Positions 19,527-29,660 of a stretch of 64,000 nucleotides of DNA are shown one piece after another. This stretch comes from a virus. Its lineage: Duplodnaviria > Heunggongvirae > Uroviricota > Caudoviricetes. The position numbers and the translations under genes were made by a program. The notes under the pieces are model-generated. The model was not told the DNA's origin. It saw only the letters and a program-made list of their open reading frames with translations, and did no database searches. The stretch covers positions 33,490 to 97,489 of IMG/VR virus record IMGVR_UViG_3300037313_000454; one strand, given 5' to 3'. Each line of letters opens with the position of its first letter. Position 1 is the first letter of the stretch.

Positions 19527-20518
19527 TTATCTGCTTTTATTAGTTCGTTATATAACTGCTCGAACTTCTTTGGGTTGTCGAGGAAATACTGTCGAGCTTG
19601 AAGTCTTCCCTGACCAATACGTTCGCCCCCGTATGAATACCATGCGCCAGATTTCTTAACGATTTCTCGTTCAGCGGCAAGGTCGAGGACATTCCCCACT
19701 GAATCAAAACCACTGTCGAACAGCAGATTGACGGTGGCTTCTTTGAATGGGGCAGCTACCTTGTTCTTGGCAGCTTTGATTTTTACTTGGTTACCAATGA
19801 TGACTTCACCATCTTTGACGGCACCGATACGGCGCACATCTAGACGGATACTGGCGTAGAACTTCAGCGCACGGCCACCAGTGGTAGTCTCCGGGTTACC
19901 GAACATGACACCAATCTTTTCCCTCACCTGATTGATGAAGATAAGGGTGGTGTTGCTCTTGTTAACTGCTCCGGTTAGTTTGCGTAGGGCTTGCGACATG
20001 AGCCTAGCTTGTAGACCCATATGACTGTCGCCCATCTCGCCTTCTAGTTCTGCCCGAGGTACAAGCGCAGCAACAGAATCAACGCCAACGACGCCAAAGG
20101 CACCAGACCTGACAAGTACATCGGCAATTTCAAGGGCTTCTTCTCCGCAACTGGGCTGAGAAACCAATAACTCATCTACGTTTGCTCCATTGATAGCAGC
20201 CCACTGGGGACTGAATGCGTGTTCAGCATCTATGAGAGCGCATTTCTCTCCGTTCTTCTGTGCGGTGGCGATGGCTCGAAGGAGCATCGTGGTCTTGCCA
20301 CCCGCCTCTGGCCCGAATATCTCAATCACACGGCCACGCGGGAAACCACCTACACCAAGTACCTTTGTATCTATGTCGTAGATACCAGTAGCGATAGACG
20401 GTACAGGTAATGCTACGCGCTCACCTAGCTTAACGATGGAGCCTTTACCATATGTAGTTTCAATGGTGGCTACAGCGTCAGCGGCGGCTTTATCTTTGTC
20501 TGCCTGTGTGCGCGGCAG
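19523..20518 (-). CDS. recA: RecA recombinase
   Basis: GPEAGGKTT Walker [36 protein letters not shown]. The canonical GTG start is at 20329. However a clear RecA N-terminus ([16 protein letters not shown]...[15 protein letters not shown]) continues in frame upstream to 20581 with no ATG/GTG/TTG. The candidate start is CTG at 20516-20518. Confidence 0.8.
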   Translation of the reverse strand: MPRTQADKDKAAADAVATIETTYGKGSIVKLGERVALPVPSIATGIYDIDTKVLGVGGFPRGRVIEIFGPEAGGKTTMLLRAIATAQKNGEKCALIDAEHAFSPQWAAINGANVDELLVSQPSCGEEALEIADVLVRSGAFGVVGVDSVAALVPRAELEGEMGDSHMGLQARLMSQALRKLTGAVNKSNTTLIFINQVREKIGVMFGNPETTTGGRALKFYASIRLDVRRIGAVKDGEVIIGNQVKIKAAKNKVAAPFKEATVNLLFDSGFDSVGNVLDLAAEREIVKKSGAWYSYGGERIGQGRLQARQYFLDNPKKFEQLYNELIKADN

Positions 20519-20532
20519 TTCAACCGCTATAC

Positions 20533-21099
20533 TTATGCTCTTGCTCCATATAGCTGCTTGAACCTCAGCAAGAAGTTCTGTTCAGCTACGTAAGGTGACC
20601 ACGGTTTAATGTGGAATGAGTAAGGTTCTACACCCATGCGCTCGACCATAAGCTTTAGAATCTCAGGGTCACCGGGACGAAGGTCGCGCTGCTCAGTGCA
20701 GAGCATACGATTGTCCGCTTCCTTAACGCTGGGATGCATCTCCAAAGGTAAGCCGTATTTCATGTTGATGACATTCTGCACGTTCTCTTCAATCTCGCGG
20801 TAGCCTGACATGGCGGTGCAATACTTGAGGGGACGGGGAATGTCAACAATGTAAGCTTCTGAGGCGTCATGCATAAGAAACTCAAACGCATATTCCTCAG
20901 GAACTTCAAAGCTGCCACGGACACTGTGTTCCGCAACGCTATAGAAGTCTCGTAAGTGTCCCGCGAAACGACAACCCAATGACAGTGCATGGGCTATGTC
21001 CTCGATACAGATATCCTCTGGGCGAGGGTCTAGCGGGTAGAACCGTTTGCACGTATACGTTGAGTAAAACGAGCCACGGTCTTGTGGTGTAACTATCAT
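20533..21099 (-). CDS. HD-domain phosphohydrolase
   Basis: H...HD motifs [13 protein letters not shown] and [10 protein letters not shown]. Confidence 0.55.
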   Translation of the reverse strand: MIVTPQDRGSFYSTYTCKRFYPLDPRPEDICIEDIAHALSLGCRFAGHLRDFYSVAEHSVRGSFEVPEEYAFEFLMHDASEAYIVDIPRPLKYCTAMSGYREIEENVQNVINMKYGLPLEMHPSVKEADNRMLCTEQRDLRPGDPEILKLMVERMGVEPYSFHIKPWSPYVAEQNFLLRFKQLYGARA

Positions 21100-21521
21100 C
21101 GTAAGTCTTTTGGACGTAGGTACTTAGCGATGGGGTACATACCCCGTGCCTTGAACGCTAGTCCCATCTTTTCCTGAACTGTATGTTTCAGTTTATTAAA
21201 TTTATTGTCCGGCGATTTGTCTTCCAGTAGCCCGATAATCTCTGCGTCTTTCTGTAGATATACCAGCTTGAAGAACCGATGTTCTTCTTTGGTGAGGACA
21301 CGACGGGCCGCTAGTTCAAGGTCGCAGATGAAGTCTGACGGTGTGGCACGGACAACGCGGGGATTGAACTTACCGCCGTTGGTGCCTTCCCTTGATAGTG
21401 CCTTGTAGAATCCCTCACATGAATTAGTCCCGTGTGACGATTTAAGCTCGTCATAGTAGGACATTACTTTACGAAAGACTGAACGCCAGAACTCTTTTTT
21501 ATTGCGTCTGGGCTGTTCCAT
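21096..21521 (-). CDS. hypothetical protein
   Basis: 141-aa ORF. Confidence 0.45.
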   Translation of the reverse strand: MEQPRRNKKEFWRSVFRKVMSYYDELKSSHGTNSCEGFYKALSREGTNGGKFNPRVVRATPSDFICDLELAARRVLTKEEHRFFKLVYLQKDAEIIGLLEDKSPDNKFNKLKHTVQEKMGLAFKARGMYPIAKYLRPKDLR

Positions 21522-21867
21522 TGGTCGCTGCTAGTTGTAGCAGACTTAGAAGGTCTTCCCACCGTAGCGTAGCCAAAGTGAGTGACCTGTTTTTACTATG
21601 AATAAGTAGTTTAAGTGCTTTGCTGTCCTTATACTTCTCGTAATGCTCCGTGAATATCTTATGGACGTTAAGAGTCTCACAGTTTTTTGCTTCGATGGCT
21701 AGGTCAAGGATACGTCGGGCGGCTGGCGACAGGATAACGTCTACCCCCGCTTGGCCCATACCCCTTGATTCACAGTCGCCGTCTTCTAGCTTGTACAGAA
21801 GTCTCAGGTCATCCCTGATTTTCTGTTGAAGCCGCCGACCCTTAGCCTTAGCTGAGGATGTTTTCAA
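21499..21867 (-). CDS. putative PD-(D/E)XK nuclease-like protein
   Basis: GVDVIL...LDLAIEAKN matches a D...ExK pattern. Confidence 0.3.
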   Translation of the reverse strand: MKTSSAKAKGRRLQQKIRDDLRLLYKLEDGDCESRGMGQAGVDVILSPAARRILDLAIEAKNCETLNVHKIFTEHYEKYKDSKALKLLIHSKNRSLTLATLRWEDLLSLLQLAATNGTAQTQ

Positions 21868-22151
21868 AGCCTATCGTCGATACTTGCCAAGAACATACTT
21901 AGGTCATGAATACGAACACTAGCGTCAGTTAGCAGAGAAGGAATAGTATCCTTCTGCTTATCTGTACAATTTTTTGCCTCCGAAGCATACGTAGGCAAAC
22001 CTAGTTTATTGACAATACTTAAGGCAATCTCGGTTGTCTTAGCAATGTCTTGGTTCAGACGCCGTGACTGGTCAAATACCGTGTCAGGCTTAATCGTCTC
22101 CACCTTCTCACCAATAATAGCGGTAGCGGTGGGATATTTTTTATCGTACAT
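21864..22151 (-). CDS. hypothetical protein
   Basis: 95-aa ORF. Confidence 0.4.
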   Translation of the reverse strand: MYDKKYPTATAIIGEKVETIKPDTVFDQSRRLNQDIAKTTEIALSIVNKLGLPTYASEAKNCTDKQKDTIPSLLTDASVRIHDLSMFLASIDDRL

Positions 22152-22530
22152 ATCCAGAATCCTCGTCTATAACTGTTTTTCCAATGTGTTTGTTGGACGG
22201 TCGGTTCTCACTGCCGACCCGTTCTCCGGTGTCTTTAATCACCTGTACAGCCCGGTCATCCCAAAGCTGATACATACTGTAGTCTTTATCACACCTGACA
22301 GGCAGAGCCTCACCAATATACTTCAGGCACCACTCCTGTACATGCTTACGCTGGGCTTCAATGTCCCAATTGTCAGCGGTGCGAGGACTCACACGGGCGG
22401 TTACGATATGTACAGGAATACCTAGACTACGCCAGCGTTTAACTCGTTCGACCATTGCTGGGATAGGGCTGCTATCCGCGTCCATGGCCAGTGTACCGTC
22501 GAAATCTACTCCAATCCATCCCATATTCAT
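22141..22530 (-). CDS. HAD-superfamily phosphatase-like protein
   Basis: Motif I GVDFDGTLA (DxDGT). Confidence 0.5.
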   Translation of the reverse strand: MNMGWIGVDFDGTLAMDADSSPIPAMVERVKRWRSLGIPVHIVTARVSPRTADNWDIEAQRKHVQEWCLKYIGEALPVRCDKDYSMYQLWDDRAVQVIKDTGERVGSENRPSNKHIGKTVIDEDSGYVR

Positions 22531-22742
22531 CGTGGCTCCACAAAATGTGCTGTACTACGCAGTTCATCGGCCTGATTATCACTTAATCCTAAACGAGCCT
22601 GTGCATCAGGAACAATAACCTCTTTGAAATACTTCATCTCTTCTTCAACGGTATTCTGGCCGCTCACCCATTCAACTAGCTGTTCGCCATTCGCAGTCGA
22701 GCAACCACCGATTACTACTGTAGCTTTTTTATTCATCCTCAT
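22527..22742 (-). CDS. hypothetical protein
   Basis: 71-aa ORF. Confidence 0.4.
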   Translation of the reverse strand: MRMNKKATVVIGGCSTANGEQLVEWVSGQNTVEEEMKYFKEVIVPDAQARLGLSDNQADELRSTAHFVEPR

Positions 22743-23004
22743 CTACTTCTACTAAGAATCTAGGCTGAACGAATACGGCGTATTTGATGTTCTTACCTTC
22801 CTCAATACCGAACAGTGTGCAGCGAACACCTTTTCTGGTGTACTGCTCTCGGGCGTACTTCATCAAGGCTTCGATGCCTTCCTTGCGGAACTCCCATACT
22901 GTCGCTCGATTCTCTTCTCGAATCGGTATACCGTCTACAATCTCTCCCCAGACCCCTGTCTTAATTCCCTGCCTGTCGGCCCAACTCTTACGTCTAGGGA
23001 GCAT
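22729..23004 (-). CDS. hypothetical protein
   Basis: 91-aa ORF. Confidence 0.4.
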   Translation of the reverse strand: MLPRRKSWADRQGIKTGVWGEIVDGIPIREENRATVWEFRKEGIEALMKYAREQYTRKGVRCTLFGIEEGKNIKYAVFVQPRFLVEVDEDE

Positions 23005-23260
23005 ACTTATCGTATACGTACCTCGCGTTCCCTATGACCCCGGTAAAGCCGCATGAACAAGAAGCGTCTTGTCCTTGCGGATTAACTACCAACTCACACT
23101 CGGACGTATGTACCGCGTAATTACTCATCAGTGCCATTGTGTCTCGGAGTGCTTCAATATCTTTGCGCGTATAAAGCTGGATAATCTTTGCCATTGTAAG
23201 GTGAAAGGGGATGCGACCAACATCCCCCTTCGGTTTTTTCCCATGTAACACAACGTACAA
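22994..23260 (-). CDS. hypothetical protein
   Basis: 88-aa ORF downstream of a consensus promoter. Confidence 0.4.
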   Translation of the reverse strand: MYVVLHGKKPKGDVGRIPFHLTMAKIIQLYTRKDIEALRDTMALMSNYAVHTSECELVVNPQGQDASCSCGFTGVIGNARYVYDKYAP

Positions 23261-23291
23261 CTTGGGGGCGAGTTCCCCCCTTCTTCAATCT

Positions 23292-23320
23292 ATTATACCA
23301 CAAAGTGCCTTATTTGTCAA
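23292..23320 (-). promoter_or_regulatory. sigma70-type promoter, TTGACA-17-TGgTATAAT (minus strand)
   Basis: Reverse complement of 23315-23320 is TTGACA and of 23292-23297 is TATAAT. Spacer 17 nt. Confidence 0.7.
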
Positions 23321-23324
23321 GCAC

Positions 23325-23891
23325 TTAATTGCGTTTATAACTAAATTTCTTACCGAACTTCTGGGTAATCAAGGCGTGAGAAATGGCGTTAATCGCCTGT
23401 TCTACGTCTCGCTCCCGAGTATCCTTACCTTCACACCATGCAAAAGGAATGTGGAGTAGTTCATGAACAATGGTATGTTCCACAGCCATCTGGTCAGGTT
23501 CACCATATCCGGCTGGGTCAAAGAACTTAGGGTGAAGAATCTTAATCAAAGCACCACGATGTTCTATGGAAGGCTGACATTCTCCAATACGTTCAGGCGC
23601 ACCCATATGACAAGGCTCTGCCCACGCTACGTGAATCTCCCAGTCGGCCAGCTTGAGTAGTCGTTGCCATTCTCCGGCGGTATCCTGAAGCCACGTACCC
23701 TCATAGAACGGGACGGCTTTCTTCTTCGCCTTGGCCCGTGCTACAGCGGCGGACGTACCCTTAGACAGCTTGCTTTTCTTCTTCAACTTGTATACCCCCA
23801 AATGATGGCTTCGGTAGGTTATCCAACTCATCAGGGTTGAACTCACGTACCGTGCTGATATGTCCTTCCATGAGCAGGGTAGTGATACCAC
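23325..23891 (-). CDS. hypothetical protein with HExxH motif
   Basis: IVHELLHIPF suggests a zinc metallopeptidase-like fold. The 5' end overlaps the primase-helicase gene. Confidence 0.4.
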   Translation of the reverse strand: MVSLPCSWKDISARYVSSTLMSWITYRSHHLGVYKLKKKSKLSKGTSAAVARAKAKKKAVPFYEGTWLQDTAGEWQRLLKLADWEIHVAWAEPCHMGAPERIGECQPSIEHRGALIKILHPKFFDPAGYGEPDQMAVEHTIVHELLHIPFAWCEGKDTRERDVEQAINAISHALITQKFGKKFSYKRN

Positions 23892-25605
23892 CCGGCCCGT
23901 ACCTATTCAAGTCCACCTTCACCATCATCTGTGGTTCAAAGGTAGACTCTGTGTCCATGAAGCCAAAGAAGTCATTGTCTTTAACCTGCCCGATACGCTT
24001 CCTGTGTAGGGCAATCATAGAGTCTACATCCTTTTCTATGGCTGAAGAACCATGAGCATTTCTCGCACCCACGATTTCACCTTCTCGAACTCTGTTGGGC
24101 TGCACCACAAGCAATATGACAATTCCAAGTTCCATTGCCAGTTCTTTAAATTGCTTCGTGATGACACTGGTTTCCTGAGCGGAATGGTCAATTGAGCGGC
24201 ACAGCAATTGCAGGTTATCGAAACATACGACTTTAATTCCATACAATCGAACGGCGCTTCGTATTGTATCGAACACGACATCTTTACTAACCCCTCGGGT
24301 GTACCCGAAAAGAAGGTCGGCATCTCGTCCAAGGGCAATTTGTTTAGCTGCTCGTATACTGTCTTTACAAAGTTGACTCCTGCCGGGAGTGTCGTCTGTA
24401 CTTGTAACAAAACTGCACCACTTTCTAGCAAGACGTTTGGGTAGCATCTCAAGGCAGTACATCATGCAAGGGATACCCTGCTTGACGTAGTAATCCAGCC
24501 AGTTGAGACAGAGGGTGGTCTTGCCAATCTTACCCTCAGCGATGATACCGATTAGGTCACCCCACTCGGCTCCACCCAGTTTGTTGTCAAGTGATTTCCA
24601 AGGTGTCTTGAGTGTCGGTTCTAGGGTGCCACGCTGTTCTAGCTCGGCCTCAATCTCGTCCAAGGCTGCAACGATGTTGCTGACACCTTCAACGGGAAAG
24701 GGCTTGGCCTGTGCCAGTAGGATAGAGAACTCTTCCGGTGTGCCCCCAGCCTTCCACCACTCATTGATATCCTTGACCGCAACCCCGTTAACCTCGGTCG
24801 GTAGAACCACGTTAACGCAGCGTTCAAGGCCGATACGCTTGGCTATTTCCTGAGCAGCCTTCTGCCCTACCTTGTCATTGTCATAGAGGAGATAGACCTT
24901 CTTGGTCGCCTCGACCACGCGCTGAATCCACGTTGCCTTCTTGACGTTGGCACCGGGGACACCGACCACGTTGGACACATGGTTAGATAGGCATGATAGA
25001 CAGTCTGCCTCGCCTTCAACCATGATTAGCTCTTGAGTCTCACCGATACAATCGGCGTTGAATAGCCCAGCCTCACGCCCAGCCAACGCTCGGAAAGCCT
25101 TCTCCGCAGGAGGCAGGGAACGATACTTGACGAAGGTAACATTCTCCTTAGAGATGTAAGGAATGACTAACCACTTGATAGAGTTGAACATCTCAACCCC
25201 TAGCTGGTACTTCTCAATCACTTCGATAGAGAAGCCGCGTTCACCAACTAGATAATCAAGTGCCTCTTCATCATCCATTAACGCTTTATGGAACGCAGCG
25301 ATGTTCGGGATTCGCTCCGGTGTTTGCAGGCCAGCCGATGCCTCTTTCATGGACATCACGCCCTGCAAAGAATCCCCTTGCTGCTCCATTAGCTTGTGTA
25401 GGTTCCCTGCCTCATTGCATACAAAGCACTGCCACAGACCATCCTTCTTATCCCCGCCAACATTGATATAGAACTTCCAATTGTCGTTGGGACAGAAAGG
25501 ACACTGCCGAATTTTGATTTGGTCTACGCCACTCTTTTCATAGTCCCAGCCTTTGGATAGGACATAGTTAAGTGTGCGTGACTCAACAGGAATTTCTGTT
25601 TGCAT
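23761..25605 (-). CDS. bifunctional DNA primase-helicase (T7 gp4-like)
   Basis: Zinc finger CPFCPNDNW...CFVCNEAGN. Toprim block LIMVEGEADCLS. DnaB-like Walker A GIIAEGKIGKTTL. Confidence 0.85.
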   Translation of the reverse strand: MQTEIPVESRTLNYVLSKGWDYEKSGVDQIKIRQCPFCPNDNWKFYINVGGDKKDGLWQCFVCNEAGNLHKLMEQQGDSLQGVMSMKEASAGLQTPERIPNIAAFHKALMDDEEALDYLVGERGFSIEVIEKYQLGVEMFNSIKWLVIPYISKENVTFVKYRSLPPAEKAFRALAGREAGLFNADCIGETQELIMVEGEADCLSCLSNHVSNVVGVPGANVKKATWIQRVVEATKKVYLLYDNDKVGQKAAQEIAKRIGLERCVNVVLPTEVNGVAVKDINEWWKAGGTPEEFSILLAQAKPFPVEGVSNIVAALDEIEAELEQRGTLEPTLKTPWKSLDNKLGGAEWGDLIGIIAEGKIGKTTLCLNWLDYYVKQGIPCMMYCLEMLPKRLARKWCSFVTSTDDTPGRSQLCKDSIRAAKQIALGRDADLLFGYTRGVSKDVVFDTIRSAVRLYGIKVVCFDNLQLLCRSIDHSAQETSVITKQFKELAMELGIVILLVVQPNRVREGEIVGARNAHGSSAIEKDVDSMIALHRKRIGQVKDNDFFGFMDTESTFEPQMMVKVDLNRYGPGGITTLLMEGHISTVREFNPDELDNLPKPSFGGIQVEEEKQAV

Positions 25606-25840
25606 TCACTCGGTCGTAAATCTTGGTAAGACGTTCTAATTTATAAGGAACGTCAGCGAAGGTGTGATTGTATTTACCATGAGGGTCAAGTAAAAACTTT
25701 AGTTCATTTACGGTAAAGTTACGCGACCCCATCTTACATAGTTCTTCGTATTTGCGCTGTGCTTCACGCTCTGCTTTACCGAACTCTCGTTCCCAACGCT
25801 CTTTCTCTTGGTCGGCGGCCCAGTCTAAAATACTTCCCAT
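25583..25840 (-). CDS. hypothetical protein
   Basis: 85-aa ORF. Confidence 0.45.
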   Translation of the reverse strand: MGSILDWAADQEKERWEREFGKAEREAQRKYEELCKMGSRNFTVNELKFLLDPHGKYNHTFADVPYKLERLTKIYDRVNANRNSC

Positions 25841-26022
25841 GTTACCTCACAGTGATGAGTCGATTTCATCTACGATGCCTTCTTCTTCCATCTGGGTGGC
25901 TAGGTTACGCAGTGCCTCAGCACTGGTCTTACCTACGCCTACCGTTCCATCGTGTAAATCTTGGCCGTATAGAGCGCAGACCTGATTCCCTTCTCGAAAT
26001 AGAAGTACTGCTGTTTGCTCGT

Positions 26023-27753
26023 TCATTGTCCCACTCCTACCGCCTTGGTTAGCTTCTTATCAATCAGCGCCGATGCTTCGCCTCGACTGAGGTTGGGAAT
26101 CATAGCTAGAATCTGCGGGTCGTACTTATACAGTTGCTTAATAAGTTCTCTTTGGGGCGTGGATATTGTATTCTTGTGCCACTTCGCCTCTCGACGCAGC
26201 AGCTTTAGTAAATGCCTACCGTGTATCTGCACGAAGTTGTCCGCTTGCGTGAACGCTTCTTGCAGGTTCGGTAAGTCTTTGATTTCAAACGTGTTACCGT
26301 TTACTGTTCCCTTTACATTCCACTTATCGAGCAAGTCTTGAGTAAGGGAAACGTGTTCTTTATTGGGTAGGTTGAGTGCGTAGCCGTCGTTCGATACCTT
26401 CTGCCACCGTAGCTTACTGTTGGTGGCTACCTCTTCCGGTATCTTGAACTCGAATAGCTCGACCTTTTGTACCTGTGCCTGAATGTCGTCAACAGTTTCA
26501 ATCTTGTCAACGTCCAGCGATGGGTACTTCTCTAAAGCCTCATCAATCTTTTCCTTGGCATAGACAATCGACTTACCTTTAAGGTCAGTCTTAGCCCCAA
26601 GGCCGAAGAGAGAGGCCAGAGTTACTAAGGAGTGGCGACCAGTATTGTCCACCACGTCCATTAGTATACAATCTTTTTTCGGAATTGTCAAGCCCTTTGT
26701 TTGGGCTTCTAGTAAACTTATTCCGTCGGGAAAGTCGGGAATCCTAGTTCCGCGACCAGCCATTTGTACAAAGAGTAGTTGGCTCTTTGTAGGTCGGGCC
26801 ATGATGACGCAACCAATTCGCCAGTCGTCGTACCCCTCAACAAGTACTCCACAATTGGTGAGGACTTGGAGTGCCCCAGACTTATGCAGACGCAACTTCT
26901 CTCGTCTATCTGGGTCTGTTCCCCAAATAGCTTCGGCAGATACGCCATAAGCTTTGAAGGTGTCAGCGAGTCGTTTGGCGTGGGCGATATCCACACAAAA
27001 CGCGATTGTTTGACGGGATTCTCCACGTACAAGCCAGTTCTGTACAATGAGATGGTTACGGGCATCCACATTGACGGCGGCTTCAAGCTCTCCTGTTGCA
27101 AAGTCTCCAGCCCGGACATGAACTCCCGATAGGTCAACGGTGGACTGGACTTTGAATCCTCTGACATCAGAGAGCCAACCATCCTTGATAGCGTCAAGGA
27201 TGGACATTCGGTATATGATTTCGTCATAGACCTGTCCTAATCCCTGCCCGTCCCCACGATTCGGTGTTGCGGTAACTCCGAGGAGTAGTTTCCCAAGAGG
27301 TAACGAATCTCCTGTAGCTCCATCTCCGAATCCGAAGTGGTCGAACACTCGCTTGTATGTTGGTGCAATGGCATGGTGCGCCTCGTCACAGACGACCGCG
27401 TCGAATGCACCGGGGCTAAAACGCTCGATTCTCCGGTTTGCAATCGAGCCGATACTTTGGACAGAAGCAACCACGACATCGTCGTTATTAGAAGCACTGC
27501 GCTCACCCATCTCGACGCCGACGCGAAAGGACGGGTTCCAATGAGAGATTTTATCAGCCGCTTGGTCAGCGAGTTCCTCGCGGTGTACGAGGACGAGCAT
27601 CCGGTTGTCGAAGCAGTGGTGGGCTTTGAGGTTGGCGAAGACGGCTGTTTTACCAGTCCCGGTAGGTAATTGAATAAGCTGTCTTTGTATTCCATCCTTT
27701 AACCTCTGTTCGGAGATGTCCAAACAATCAACTTGGTATGGGCGTAGGGGCAT
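26023..27753 (-). CDS. SF2 DEAH-box helicase
   Basis: Walker A LPTGTGKTAVF and motif II VVCDEAHH. Confidence 0.75.
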   Translation of the reverse strand: MPLRPYQVDCLDISEQRLKDGIQRQLIQLPTGTGKTAVFANLKAHHCFDNRMLVLVHREELADQAADKISHWNPSFRVGVEMGERSASNNDDVVVASVQSIGSIANRRIERFSPGAFDAVVCDEAHHAIAPTYKRVFDHFGFGDGATGDSLPLGKLLLGVTATPNRGDGQGLGQVYDEIIYRMSILDAIKDGWLSDVRGFKVQSTVDLSGVHVRAGDFATGELEAAVNVDARNHLIVQNWLVRGESRQTIAFCVDIAHAKRLADTFKAYGVSAEAIWGTDPDRREKLRLHKSGALQVLTNCGVLVEGYDDWRIGCVIMARPTKSQLLFVQMAGRGTRIPDFPDGISLLEAQTKGLTIPKKDCILMDVVDNTGRHSLVTLASLFGLGAKTDLKGKSIVYAKEKIDEALEKYPSLDVDKIETVDDIQAQVQKVELFEFKIPEEVATNSKLRWQKVSNDGYALNLPNKEHVSLTQDLLDKWNVKGTVNGNTFEIKDLPNLQEAFTQADNFVQIHGRHLLKLLRREAKWHKNTISTPQRELIKQLYKYDPQILAMIPNLSRGEASALIDKKLTKAVGVGQ

Positions 27754-27965
27754 TAGTAATCGAAGTCATCTTTTTGTTGCGCCCACTCTTCAATGTGGGC
27801 TTGCTTGTCGGTGCTATCTTTAAAATCTGCAAAATCAGGACGACCAGCAGAATCCCTGACCACAAGCCAGTCGTATCCTTCAGCCTCTATTCTCTTATCA
27901 TCATAAGAATCGCGGCCAAAATAACCATTACAATAACCATGTAAAACTCTACCGACGTTACTCAT
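27753..27965 (-). CDS. hypothetical protein
   Basis: 70-aa ORF. Confidence 0.4.
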   Translation of the reverse strand: MSNVGRVLHGYCNGYFGRDSYDDKRIEAEGYDWLVVRDSAGRPDFADFKDSTDKQAHIEEWAQQKDDFDY

Positions 27966-27973
27966 AAGTGCTC

Positions 27974-28162
27974 CTAATAGTTGTCTAGACCGCAGTCAAG
28001 GCATTTATCGAGCAACGCGCCTTTTTCCCATCGTTTATGGGGACAGGTCTTCTGTGCTTTGTACAGTCTGGCGTATGCTTTCTTACGTCTTACTTCTAAC
28101 TGTTCTTGGATAGCGTCCAAAGCATCTATTACTTCATAACATTGTTCAAGAGGAGTCTTCAT
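27974..28162 (-). CDS. hypothetical protein
   Basis: 62-aa ORF. Confidence 0.35.
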   Translation of the reverse strand: MKTPLEQCYEVIDALDAIQEQLEVRRKKAYARLYKAQKTCPHKRWEKGALLDKCLDCGLDNY

Positions 28163-28371
28163 AGTCGCTCCTTAGTTGCCTCACCTAGTAAGCTGGGTGT
28201 AACATATGGTGCATTGTAGCAGACAGGACAATTTAAATACCTGTAGTACATCTTGTTGCATTTATTGCAAAAGAAACCACAGCTATTCCACCACAATCTA
28301 ACTAGCCAACGTTGACCGCACGAATCAATGAATGTGTAGGTGATATCTTCACAGTCTACTTTTAGCATCAC
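28159..28371 (-). CDS. Cys-rich zinc-finger protein
   Basis: CNKCNK...CPVC clusters. Confidence 0.4.
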   Translation of the reverse strand: MMLKVDCEDITYTFIDSCGQRWLVRLWWNSCGFFCNKCNKMYYRYLNCPVCYNAPYVTPSLLGEATKERL

Positions 28372-28615
28372 TCACTAGCTCGGGCGGGTAATGGTCTTCT
28401 AGGTCAGACCCGCAGCATACAGTAGGACAGATGGCGAAGTAAGGTGCTTCAGTTGCTTCGTCAGGGAATTTATCACATAGACGCGACAACTCCTTCTCCA
28501 TCATGTCGTAGTCATAGTCCGAGATTACCGGGCGTGAAAAGACATAGTAAAGGATACGGTTGATGATACACTCTTTACGGAGCCATTCAATACGCTGACG
28601 GACTGTGTATGCCAT
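28349..28615 (-). CDS. hypothetical protein
   Basis: 88-aa ORF. Confidence 0.4.
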   Translation of the reverse strand: MAYTVRQRIEWLRKECIINRILYYVFSRPVISDYDYDMMEKELSRLCDKFPDEATEAPYFAICPTVCCGSDLEDHYPPELVSDAKSRL

Positions 28616-28852
28616 CTAGATTATCTCCGATAATAGCTTATGAACAGCCTTATAGTTCTCGGTTACCCAAATATCTTGGTCGGCATGGGCTAAAGTGATA
28701 GCTGTAAATTCATCACCGTCGAAGTTAACAACGGGAAAAACAGCAACTATCATAGCGGTATTTATCGAAATGGGAACGTCTTCTTTAACTCCACCATTTC
28801 TAGTTTTTCTTTGATGAAAAACAATCATCGTACCGTCCTCTTGGGCTTCCAC
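28616..28852 (-). CDS. hypothetical protein
   Basis: 78-aa ORF. Confidence 0.4.
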   Translation of the reverse strand: MEAQEDGTMIVFHQRKTRNGGVKEDVPISINTAMIVAVFPVVNFDGDEFTAITLAHADQDIWVTENYKAVHKLLSEII

Positions 28853-29151
28853 CCATTAACACGCAGAATCTTTATACCTTCGTCGGCGTTCACCGGGTCA
28901 TCCGGCTTGCCAGATTTGGCGAGAATGATTACGTAGCGACTGTGTATGGCTTCGTGGCAGTCCGAACAGACCGTCACAAGGTTGAATGTGGCATCTGGCC
29001 CACGTTGAGAGCGGAACACGATGTGGTGGGCGTGTAGGTCTTGTCTGAACCTGCACACCCTGCACTTCCATCCATCACGCTCATGAACCAGTTCACATAG
29101 TTTCTTGTATTCTTTTAGGGGCAACCGGACACGACTGCGTTTTGACCCCAT
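28825..29151 (-). CDS. HNH endonuclease
   Basis: CRVC...HAHHIV...CSDCHEAIH, an HNH motif with zinc ligands. Confidence 0.7.
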   Translation of the reverse strand: MGSKRSRVRLPLKEYKKLCELVHERDGWKCRVCRFRQDLHAHHIVFRSQRGPDATFNLVTVCSDCHEAIHSRYVIILAKSGKPDDPVNADEGIKILRVNGWKPKRTVR

Positions 29152-29154
29152 TGT

Positions 29155-29469
29155 TTACATCTTCCATTCCGGTTTAGGTTTCGGGGCAGGAGACGGCTCG
29201 TCTTCCTCGTCTTCGTCGTCCTCATCAATCGGGCCATCACCATCCGTGACGGTGATGTGCTTACAGATAGTCTTGCTGACCGCTGCTGCACCCTTAGCCA
29301 AGGTGGACACTTCGGTGGGGCTTAGGTCAAAGCCGCTGTGCATCATCTCTTTAGAGGTAGCATTAGCTTGCGCCACGGTAATCTGTTTCAGCACATTCAT
29401 CATGGCCTTGAACTCAACCGCGTCAAAAATGGTGTGGACATTACGTCCGTCGAACTGGGCGATAATCAC
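29155..29469 (-). CDS. hypothetical acidic protein
   Basis: 104 aa with an Asp/Glu-rich tail DEDDEDEEDE. Confidence 0.4.
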   Translation of the reverse strand: MIIAQFDGRNVHTIFDAVEFKAMMNVLKQITVAQANATSKEMMHSGFDLSPTEVSTLAKGAAAVSKTICKHITVTDGDGPIDEDDEDEEDEPSPAPKPKPEWKM

Positions 29470-29657
29470 TTTGCTTTGTACCTCTTAAGGATGTCAAAAT
29501 AATTGAAGCGTACATCGTCACCGCAGCGTATGTGCAGGGGCGTACCTGCTCCGTTACGTAAGCGTGAGAACGCCTCGTCAAGTGCTGAGTTCTCGTCTAG
29601 GAAGTTCGCTTCTTGAACTCCACCTTCATAGATATACCGCAATGCCCACTGGGTCAT
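29466..29657 (-). CDS. hypothetical protein
   Basis: 63-aa ORF. Confidence 0.35.
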   Translation of the reverse strand: MTQWALRYIYEGGVQEANFLDENSALDEAFSRLRNGAGTPLHIRCGDDVRFNYFDILKRYKAK

Positions 29658-29660
29658 TGA

